The notes beneath the pieces are model-generated. The model was not told where the DNA came from. It saw nothing but the letters and a program-made list of their open reading frames with translations, and ran no database searches. Positions 49,420 through 59,891 of a DNA stretch of 64,000 bases are shown one piece after another. The translations under genes and the position numbers were made by a program. Each line of letters begins with the position of its first letter. Position 1 is the first letter of the stretch. Source of the DNA: Sarea resinae (taxonomy: Eukaryota); assembly GCA_026026165.1 (NCBI GenBank), contig JAPEUD010000102.1:1-64000 (forward strand), given 5' to 3'.

Positions 49420-50724
49420 TCAGGTGCTTGACGTGGTACTTGGAGCAGGGAGACCTTCTGGGGTTTTGACCAGTGCCAACAAGGCACCGCCGCCTAACTC
49501 CAAGATCCGCTTAGCAACAATGATACCCACTGCCTCGGCATCAACATCAGTCTTGACCAAGCCTGAGTGATGGGCCCGGATCTCAACCCCTCCTTGAGGA
49601 TGTAGCAATGTACCAATCAGATGAAGCACACCGGCTTGCCCATCAGTAGTAACGCTTGAATCCACAGATCCGCTGTGCAGAGAGCTCAGAACTGCAATTG
49701 GTGCGGAACAGCCACCTTGTAGATATCGCAATAGAGAACGCTCGGCGAGACATCGAACACGCGTTGGCCAGTGATCGATGGGTTTGATGAGCTCGAGTGT
49801 CTTCGTGTCGTTGGAGCGGATTTCGATCCCCAGAGATCCCTGTCCCACCGCATGTAGAAATGTGGGTGCTGAGAGACGCGCGGTGATACGGTGCTCGAGG
49901 TTCAAGCGTTCCAGGCCGGAAGTGGCGACGACGATCGCAGTGTACGGCGAGTCGCTGGCGTCCAGCTTCGCGATTCGAGAGTCCCTGAAGAACTTGTGTC
50001 AATGACGCAATGTGAGACAGCAAGGCACTTACACATTACCACGGCATTCCTGGACCAACAAGTGAGGACAGAAGTGCTTCAATTGCGCGGTGCGGCGAAC
50101 AGAGCTAGTTCCAACGACGGATCCGGAAGGCAGATCCTCCAAAGAGCGATATGGAAGGCCGGTCTTCACCACCAGTGCGTCTGTGGGATCGTTGCGGTGT
50201 GGAAAGACGCCAATAGCGCAGCCTTCTGGGAGGGCGGTCGGGACATCCTTTAGGCTGTGCACAATAATATCGATATCTCCCGCCAGCAGTCGTTCTTCGA
50301 TCTCCTTGGTCCACAGGCTTTTGGAGACGTCGGCCGAACTCTTGCCTGGCTTTGCGGCAAACTGTAGAAATGGAGTCGTCTTGTCCACGTCTCCTTGAAC
50401 AGCGTGCGTTGAGATGGGAAAGGAGAATCCATGATGCACCTTGAAGAGGGCTGCCGCTACGGACGAGGCCTGGATGAGGGCCATCTTCGACTTGCGGCTA
50501 CCGATGCGGAGAGATCCAAAGAGGCCGCTGGCTGGGCATTGCGTTGGGGGATGCAAGGCCTGATCGGATTGCAGTTCGACGTATTGCTTCATTGCATCCA
50601 TGTGCGAGAGAGCCGTCTCTGTCAACTCATGTTGCTCTGCGGCGCCGAGCGGATAGACGCCCGAGGCCGGTCTGTCATCACGCCCGTCGCCATCGCCATT
50701 GCCATTGCCATCTGGTTCAGCCAT
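49420..50724 (-). CDS. HEM3: Porphobilinogen deaminase / hydroxymethylbilane synthase (divergent)
   Basis: IGSRKSKMALIQ, LWTKEIE, IVHSLKDVPT (catalytic Asp), GTSSVRR, RGNV|DSRIAKLD, AVGQGSLGIE, ERSLLRYLQGGCSAP (cofactor Cys); intron ~50032-49985. Confidence 0.93.
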
Positions 50725-51055
50725 GTGACAATTGTGGAGGTGATGATTTGAGAAAGGTGTGTGTTGTGTGTTGTGTGTTGTGTTGTGCGTGGAGGGAGAA
50801 ATCCAGATCACGTCAAGCGACGCAATCAGGGAAGCGTCTTAGGAGACGTTCGACGATAAATCCATGGATGTCGGAAACACTGCCCTGGGAGGGACTTCCG
50901 ACCCCGACCCCCGCCCCACTCCGCGCCCTTCTTATCTACCTTAAGCTTACCTCGTATTTTAGACCTCCCGGCCACCACATCTAACCGCTTGAATCGATCT
51001 TGCTGCTCTTAGTCTCTCGCCTCTACAATTTTCTACGATGCCCCGGCTATGAACC

Positions 51056-52317
51056 ATGGGACAGTTCATCTATCTCCGGTTGAAAGGTGGGCCGCTCTCC
51101 AATGTGCTCGAGTAGCATAATTGATAACCCTTTTCTTAGGGATCGTCTATTTTGCCAGCTGCCGTACAGATGACGACGAGACGGTACTAGAACTTCTCAC
51201 TCGAAGGTTAGCTGCCGCATCTCCAGAATCTTCATTCATTGCTCTACATTCGAGCACTTCGCTTCAGTGGCACCAGCAAGACGACGTGGTCAACCCGTTT
51301 GGTGATGACTGAGAATCCTGCGTAGCTGCCGTGTGGATCGTCGATCTGGATTACGACATACTTGAACTTCGCAAAAAGGATGAACGTCGAAGGATTGCGC
51401 TTGGCCGAGTTCGCCAAGGTCTTCCAAGCTCTATTGCCGACCTCGAGCTTCATGATCCCCTCCCGTCGAGAAGACACGTGATGCACCTATGGCTATCGAA
51501 CCCAACCTGGAATCCAAAATGCGACGCAACAGCGAGACAAAAGGCGTTTACAGCTAGAATGCTAGAAGATTTCTCACACCAATGGAGGCATATATCGCGA
51601 AGTCAATACAATACGCACACCTTTCAAAAACTTGCCAATGCAATACTTCGCATTGCCACACTCGACTTTAGCGTGGTTGAGGTGGCTTCATCACGGTCAT
51701 CGACTCCCGGAGTGCTGGTGGAATTGAAAGACCTACCCTTTTGGGGGCCTCCTCAAGGACAAATCTTTCGCTGTGGTCGCGTATACGTCGTTCTTTTACA
51801 ACATCTTGAACGCGTCCTCCCTACTATCAATGGTGACCTTAGATCACGAATTTTGACTCATTCTTCGCATCCAACCAGAGACGATATGCAAAGCATTACG
51901 TATCTTGTCCTAACGATTCGAGAAATCTTGCTGTTAAAGACCGACACTGCCGACACTGCCAACACTGTCGAGGACAGGCTCTTGACCTACACCAACCCAG
52001 TGGCTTTCCTTGATGGGATTCATTCTCCGTCGGAGAAGGCATTGGAGTACTTGCTTATGGCAAATCCAACCTGCTCTCATTCTTCCATCCATGAGCTGCC
52101 CCTAGAGATACAAGACTTGATACTGAGTGCACTTTCGATAGGCCCTATCGAAGCAGCTCGAGTCGGTTGCATACTTGATCTTGGATCCTCTTTCGAATGG
52201 AAAACGGGCGGTCATGCTATCGAGAGGTAACCCAGATTTTCTGCACGGTCAATAGACAGCCCCGTCGAATCTCAGATCTGGCTTGATGGTTCCTTTACTG
52301 GGCTGGCATACGAGTAG
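51056..52317 (+). pseudogene. Disrupted fungal hypothetical gene with an F-box-like motif near the C-terminus
   Basis: ORFs 51121-51312 and 51331-52230 share a frame but are split by TGA 51310-51312. Coding-like sequence continues past TAA 52228-52230 (SPVESQIWLDGSFTGLAYE*). LPLEIQDLIL motif. Confidence 0.6.
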
Positions 52318-52903
52318 CTGCATCAGCCAGGAAGTCGCTCTTCAATGCACGTCGTGGTCAATCAGGTGCTTGCTATATATGGGACGAGCCGGTTCTTCCA
52401 AGTCGTTCGAGATCTCGGTGGCGAAGAAAGTCAACGCCGTCAAAGAACGCGCTCGATAAAGCCACCGACTACGATGTTCAAGACACGACACAGATTTCCA
52501 TGAAAGGAGGGCAAACCGATAACAAGGAATGGTGGGGGCTGTATGGCCACGTGGACGAGGAAGGAAATTCAACCAGACTGGATGAAATCTAGGCTCTCAG
52601 GGAATACATCCAGCCGACCAAGTAGATAGATCTAATGTACGTATGCGCCCCCGAAGCGCCGCGAGGGATGTTCTGGTATAATGTTTCGTTTGACGTGTCG
52701 GAGCTAAGAGAAGTTCAAGACGACGCAACGGCAATACCTAAGGTAGGTACGAAGTACTTTGAGGCAGGGCTCTGTCGAGCATTCCCGTTTGGTTTAGCGG
52801 CAGTGGAATCTTGAGTGTGTCATGACAAACTAACTAAACACCAACAAAATCCGTACGTCTCGACAACGAGTTCCTATCCTGATTGTAACACCCAAACAAA
52901 AGT

Positions 52904-53775
52904 ATGGCCTCAAATACTGCTGCATTCGACCTAGGGCCGCTTTACAGAGGTCCCTGGCAACAGTATACAAACAAAATCGGCCAAGTCTACTATCAGAATA
53001 CCGCTAATCGAGCGGTTCAATATGCGATACCGCGAGGTTGGGAGGATGCAGCTACTGTGAGTACGCTCCAAATCTTTGACCTGCCGTGCGATAATTTCCG
53101 CTAACCTTAGAAAAGGACAAATGGACCCGCGACGCTTCCAAAACATGGCCGCAATGGTAATACTCAGATCTCTGCATCAGCCGTGCTCCAGCAGTAGCAT
53201 GCTCGCCACGGGCAGATAGTTGACAACTCCATAGGAACAACGATCGGACTGGGAGAGCAGTTCTCATCGACCCGAATCCGCCACCTCCACAAACCTACCT
53301 CGACGACCCTGTCATTCGAGCGCATATTCTGTCACTGCAGCGTGCCCCCGAATCAGATGAGCATCTGTATCGAGTGCCTACGACAGAAGTTATCTGTATG
53401 CTTTTCCCGAGGCAGGAAGGGTATAGTGTCGTTGAGACCGGGGTCCAAACTTCGCTCCCGGTAATCACTGTCCTCGAGGTCTTTCGCAGGCCGGGGGGGA
53501 CATTGCATAATTACGAGCACCTAATTGTCGAGTGCAGAAAGATGGGGTGTACGGTCGCGGCCGCCGAGCCCGAGCTGCATGACGCTCTTGCGACTTGCAA
53601 TCATGAGAGTAAGAATATCTATGGACTGATTCAATGCGGCTTCCGTCTCCAATTCTACAAGCATGAGAATTTCACCTTTGGAAGGATTGGCCCAACAATG
53701 CATCTTGTAGATGACGCAAAGAAGGTCATGGAAATGCTCGAGCATCTGAAGGCCAATCCTTTACCAGGAATATGA
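52904..53775 (+). CDS. ~244-aa protein with N-terminal WW-like module(s) and a C-terminal domain of possible PD-(D/E)xK-like fold
   Basis: Exons 52904-53056, 53116-53156 and 53235-53775 join in frame. GPWQQYTNKIGQVYYQNTANRAVQYAIPRGW; LIVECRK..ELHDAL..YGLIQCGFRLQFY. Confidence 0.6.
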
Positions 53776-54541
53776 ATTTCTGCGAGCTGGTCACGAGGCA
53801 TAGAATTTCTACAGTTAGAGATTGATAGAATAGAGGCATGGTCGTTATGATAGACAACTGAGCAGAGCTAGAACAATTATGAATATTTCTCCCCAAGGCC
53901 ATTTAGATTTGCAGTGAAAAGGGGCTCTCTCTCGAAGTTGAATTGGCTACCTATATTTTAAGACGAGAAAGCTGTCGGAGCTCAAGGCATCAGTAGTGCC
54001 GCAATGGTCTGCGTTAAGGAAGGTTGTCTGCCTAAGAGCGATAGAGCCAAGCGAGCGGTGTAACAGAAGGCGCCCTGCCTCTCTGCCCGTATCAAGAGCT
54101 GTCGAGAAAAATCTATTACATTACATGCATCGAGAAATGGGTTTCGGTGGTTACTCGATAGCAATTCGTTTTTTCGGCGACCTCCGAAGCGCCGGCTTGC
54201 AAGACAAACATCAGGAACACGACCGCTATCGAAAAACAAAACATCGAGTGTTAGTAAGGACAACCATTCGTGGACCAGCAATTGGTCCCGCTCTAGCTGA
54301 GCGGATGTTGTGGCACATTGTGGAGAAGTGGGGAAGGAGATTCATCTCACGTGGGGAAAATCGATCGTAAGACCGCCTGACGGAGACCGTTAGAAAGCGT
54401 GTCGATCGGGGTCGAGGCCGTGATAAGAGAGCAACTTGACTACATCCAAATCCATTGATTATAGCACCTCTGAAAGTTCCCAAAAAGCGAGTTGTGTATC
54501 ATCTTCTCTGATCTCAGAAGCCGTTTGATTCAGGAGCAAAG

Positions 54542-56039
54542 ATGCTCTACACCCACGCTACCATCATCACGGTCGACAAGTCTCGGAGGATCATAGACGA
54601 CGGCGCCATCCAGGTCGAGTACAACCGGATTACAGACATTGGCAAGACCGAGACCTTGAAAGGAAAATATCCAGACGAAGAAGAATGTGACTTGACCGGT
54701 CGGATCATTGTCCCAGGCCTTGTATCAACTCACATACATACGGCTCAGACGTTGATTCGAGGCGCGGCCGATGATCTCGAACTGGTCTCATGGCTCTGCG
54801 AGAGGATCTGGGTGCTGCAAGGCAACTTTACTCCTGAGGATGGCTATGCTGCAGCACGTTTGAGCATCGGAGAAATGTTGAAGTCGGGAACAACGTGTTT
54901 CCTCGAGAGCATGGTAATCTCTCCCATCCCTTATCTTCCCGGTATCGAAGGATGAGGGTCTAACTCGCGATAGTTTGCCGACCGATATGGCTTTGATGGA
55001 CTATGTCGCGCAGTGGAAGAAAGCGGCATCCGGGGATGTCTCGGAAAGATTGTCATGGACGTTGCCAAGTACGCAAAAGATGACGGCTGGGCGATGCATC
55101 CCGGACTGGTTGAAGAAGGACAGAACTCATTGCTAGGAACTGTAAAGATGTGGGAAAAGTGGAACGGGAAAGCCAACGATCGGATCCGAGTCTGGTTTGG
55201 TGCAAGGACGCCGGGAGGGTATGTGTCTGTGGTCTCACACCTGTCTCATCTCGCTGATGGTCCGCAGAGTATCGGACGAACTCTACAGGGAAATGACGGC
55301 CATCTCCCGCAAAAGTTCCATCCCTATCACGATGCACTGCGCCGAAGTCCAAGCCGACCGCGACTTCTTCGCTTCCGTTTCGCACACGCCCATGTCATAT
55401 TGCGAGTCGGTCGGTCTACTTTCTCCCTCGACCGTTCTCGTCCATATGGTGCACCTCGACAACTCTGACATCAGAACGTTGTCCTCAACTGGCACTCACG
55501 TCGCGCACTGTCCCACATCCAACGCAAAATTGGCATCGGGGATCTGTCGAGTGCCCGAGCTCCAAAAAGCGGGTATCAATATAGGATTAGGCACGGATGG
55601 CGCGCCATGCAATAACACCTGTGATCTGTTCCAAGAGATGAAACTCGCCGCCATTATCCACAAGAGCATCTCTCATGATCCCACTGCAGTACCGGCGGAA
55701 TCTGTACTCGAAATGGCCACTATCAACGGAGCAAAAGCTCTGGGCTTAGACGATAGCATTGGCAGTTTGGAGGTCGGCAAAAAGGCGGACTTTGTCGCGA
55801 TCGATTTGAGGGCAATACATTTGCAACCCTGGTTCAGTGCGGTCAGTGCTGTGGTATACACGGCAACAGGAAGAGATGTCGACATTGTTGTGATAGACGG
55901 AAAGATGGTTGTAAAGGGTGGGCAGCTACTGACTCTGAATGAAGCGGACATTGTTACAGAGGCGAAGTGGAGAAGTAATAATATTCTACAGCGAGCAGGA
56001 CTACGAGAGAAAATAAAAGATCGGTGGCCTACTGTGTGA
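54542..56039 (+). CDS. Metal-dependent amidohydrolase, SsnA / MTA-SAH deaminase / AtzA-like
   Basis: PGLVSTHIH (HxH), EMLKSGTT, MHCAE, LVHMVHL, HCPTSNAKLASG, LGTDG, MATINGAKALG, GSLEVGKKAD; two introns. Confidence 0.92.
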
Positions 56040-57291
56040 ATTATCTCCGCTTCTTAAGTGTAAGAGCTAGGGTTTTAGCAGTTAATCAGTCGTTTTATTT
56101 TATTGTTTCTGTGAGGCGCGCTGCTATATAGTAGGCAAATAGGCATGGCGCGGATGAGCCGGGTTATAGTAGTCTTTTCAGCGCACGTAGGAGCAGGTTT
56201 GCCTATTTACTAGACCTTATATGTAGCTTCGCCAACTTATTTTTCCTCCTTTGCCTAGGATTCTGTTAGATCCGAACGTTCTCGTTCGGCAGACAACCAT
56301 TCTGCTTTAAGAGATTCTAACTGGGATTGAGAAGCATTCAGAGTTTGTGCCCTGTGCTGATCCTTATCCAGGGTTGTCTGCGTGGTACAGGTCGCTTAGG
56401 ATGAGAAACTCCCTGCCTGTGCCCGTGCTAATACTCGTTTTCTCGGCGGCTGAGATCTGTCGATTCCGGACATATCATTGTTTGAGATCTCTAACGCCTT
56501 ACATTTTGCAGAGCCTTCACTACCGGACACTGACTGTGCCTTTTGGCATTCTCGAATAACATATCGAACACATTCTGTTCTAATCGCAGAGATTGTTTCG
56601 CCTCGAAGCTGCAACTCTAGTGTGACTTTCGCTTCAACAAGACCAAATGCGAATGGGGCCATTGCATTTTAAAAGAGGTAAATCCTTTTGATCTTTCCAC
56701 AAGTTCAAAAAATGAGGTTAGACAGGGAAAATTGGGCGAGCGACGAGATCCGTTCCGTCTTGAGTTGTCTGTTCCTCGCGATCCTAATCAGCACCTCCCA
56801 CCCAGGCGAACTGCATATTGCCAGATTGTCGATATCGAATCATTGTTACCTGATCGGTCTTCAGCTCTGTTGCATTGAAGGTGCTGTGCGACCTCGCCAT
56901 TGTCGACGACATACAACTCCTCTGTCCTCGTCCTTGTTGTTGTCCTCATGTAGGACATCTCATGTACCACTTCATGGCTGGTGGAATAATCCTGATGAGC
57001 CCAATGCTGCCGAGTGTGACAGTTACGCAACTGACGAATGAGTCGGTACTCTTCACGCCGGACGCCGGGCGCCGAGCCACTCGGGAGGAAACAAGTCGGC
57101 GTCCAAACGAGCCAATCCCACGATATCCATGACGAGTATCTAAGGAATGAGAAACAGGTAATCAACGGCTGCGCACTCTATCGCTCCCCGCTTGCAGTCG
57201 GACGTTGCTTTACACTATTTCAGTCGAAGAGCTTCAAGAAAGAAATATCACGAATCTCTCAACTCGATATGAGGTTTGTGTTCCACTGAAT

Positions 57292-58309
57292 ATGTCGTCA
57301 AAGATAGATGTGCATCATCATTACTACCCTCCGTTTTCCGTTGAAGGCAAGTTTCCAATCCAATCCAGTCTGCTCCGATAAGAATCGATGGATGACCCTG
57401 GAAACAGCCATCAAGCGTGCCGGTGGCGACCCTTCGGGATGGTCCATTCCGTCGTGGACGCTTGATGCCGACAAGGCTATCAACAACGTCGTAGGGACCG
57501 CAACGACCATCCTGTCGCTGACGGCACCTGGTGCCCCTATCGAGAAAGACACGGCTGATGCCGCGCGCCTTGCACGTCAGGCCAACGAATACGCCGCGAA
57601 ATTGCGTGATGACGAGCCGACCAAGTATGGGTTCTTTGCCGCTTTGCCGTCAATCGTTGACACCAAGGAATCCCTCGAGGAGATCGCGTACGCGCTAGAC
57701 GTGCTCAAAGCGGACGGCGTCACCCTCTTCACGCGCTACGGTGAAGACAGTTACTATTTGGGCCACCCAAGCTTCCGACCCATCTGGGCCGAGCTGAACA
57801 GCCGGAAAGCCGTCGTCTTTGTCCATCCGACCCATGTCGACTTGAGCCTCGTCAACGAGCACTTGCCTCAACCGATGCTCGATTATCCCCACGAGACATG
57901 CCGAACGGCCATGGATCTCATTGTCAACAACAATATCAAAACCTACCCGGATTGCAAGATCATCCTCTCGCATGCCGGGGGAACCTTACCCTACCTCATC
58001 TACCGCGCCGCAGCCATGCTGCCATATACGCCGTGCGACATTGGAAAGTCGACCCAAGAGATTGTCGAGGAAGGGCGCTCATTTTATTTTGACACTGCCA
58101 TCTCCAGTAATAAGTATACGCTGGAGTTGCTCTTTGCGTTTGCAAAGCCCGGCCATATCCTGTTCGGATCTGACTTCCCAAACGCGCCGACGGAATCCAT
58201 TGAATATTTTACTTCGACGCTAGAGGAGCTCTGGGGTGATCACAGAGAAATCGAAAGGGATGCGGCGTTGGCTATTTTGCCGCGTTTGAGACAAAAGTTG
58301 ACGGGGTGA
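57292..58309 (+). CDS. Amidohydrolase_2-family decarboxylase (6-methylsalicylate/orsellinate decarboxylase-like)
   Basis: [14 protein letters not shown] intron 57347-57407, [57 protein letters not shown]. Confidence 0.88.
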
Positions 58310-58804
58310 TAATATATCTAATGGCTCAGTGATACGATTCTCTGATGAAACTAGATGCCAATGACGCAGAAAGTATTGAAAGAAGTAAGCTGTTCATGAA
58401 AGGAACGACAAAAGAAAAGTAGAGTGAAATGATAATATAACGGTCGAACTCTGATGCGAAAATCAACCCGGGGAAGAAACGTATTTACACGACGTTAGCT
58501 AATAAACCCTGGATTAGCTCGTAATGTAGACGATCTATCGGAGAGGCTCTGACTGACTCGCTCCTATGACCTTAGTGGTGCTCGTGATAATTGGCTTGGG
58601 CTCGTTGTTAGAAGAGGCTACATGGAACAGTTTGGAAGCTTGAGAGCGATCATGAAGTTGTCTGAGCGAATAGGCGACTACTCGTGCAAGAGCGGCGACG
58701 CGACAGCAATGCTCACTATTTCACCACCTTTCGAGGATCAATTCCGTTTCCCATCTGTCGGCATCGTACTTGCCTCTGCGACAGCTCCCTCTGACCGCTT
58801 CTCC

Positions 58805-59589
58805 TCACAAGCTTGCGAGCTGCCTGTTAACAGCATCCTTGTCCCAGATTCTATCTCCCCCTTCTCCTAGACCCGCCGGATCCATATTTGAGCAGGATGT
58901 TTCGAACCAGTCCATCTTTTCTATCTGATCTTGGGTCGGGCTTTGTGCTCTGTAGCTATCTCGCAACTCATTCCACCCATCTACACCACCCACATCCTCC
59001 GCACATGGATGCCCTTCCCCATCCCGACAGATGAATCCTGAAGTGCTGATATTCCTGACTTCGCCGGTGTCTTCTCGGCCCACAATTGTAATACAGTGAT
59101 CCCAGCGGTCCCCAAAATCGTACTCATACTCGATAGTGGCGTCTGCGAATGATCTGTCCTCGAAAAGCTCAGACAGTCGTGTTTGTAAAGCATGCTTTTC
59201 GGGGGTAGTCTCTAGTCCCAACGTGGCATTCATGTTGGCGCGGTGGATCAGATCGTTGCCACTGTCGTCGCTGATCCTAAGAGCGTTCTCGGCGGATTGT
59301 AGAAAGAGCGACGGCCGTAGGAGTCGTTCTGTCCACCAGCGCTTCGGTGAGGTTCGAGGAACTTGAAGGCATAGAGATGAGTGGTGGCCCAATTAAAAGC
59401 GATTTGTATGGCGCGGTGCAGCTCATCAAATGTAGCTGTTGGTGGACAAGACAATGTACGACTGATGGCGGGGTCTTCGATCTCTCCAGGACATAGGTCG
59501 ATCTTCAAGATATAGTTTCGAGGTAGCAAGTTTGGGGGCCGTGGGGGTCCGAAGACCCTCTTTCCGTTGATATGCGTCGCCGCGGACAT
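58805..59589 (-). pseudogene. MM3350-like / pRiA4b ORF3-like domain gene with an apparent 1-nt frameshift near 59280
   Basis: N-half RTLSCPPTATFDELHRAIQIAFNWATTHLYAF and C-half YEYDFGDRWDHCI..GHPCAEDVGGVDGW lie in different frames with no clear intron between them. Confidence 0.6.
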
Positions 59590-59891
59590 CCTTTTAATCG
59601 TCGCCTAGGAACTCTTAGGAACTGAGATTGATTACCGAGATGGTGTACTCTGGCTGCGGAGGGACAGGGACACTTGCTGAGTAAGGTAGTGAGTAGGTTG
59701 TTGATTGTTGACGCGGGAGCGCTGACTAGGGTGTGGGAGCGCGTTCGCTCAAAGCAGCGATAAGTGCCCGCATACCATAGTAGGGACGACTCGCTTGTGA
59801 ATTACGTTAAGTTTCTAGTACATTATTAAAAAATGTAAGAGGAGAGTAAAAGCCAGAAGGGAAATCTAATAAGTCTTTTTATTAGTTGCAA

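Noticed and set aside
56120..56220. Small hairpin/MITE (AAATAGGCA / TGCCTATTT)
   Set aside because: Only ~9 bp of complementarity, with no TSD or second copy.
57292..58309. Uroporphyrinogen decarboxylase as part of the heme cluster
   Set aside because: The motifs are those of the metal-dependent amidohydrolase_2 family, not UROD.
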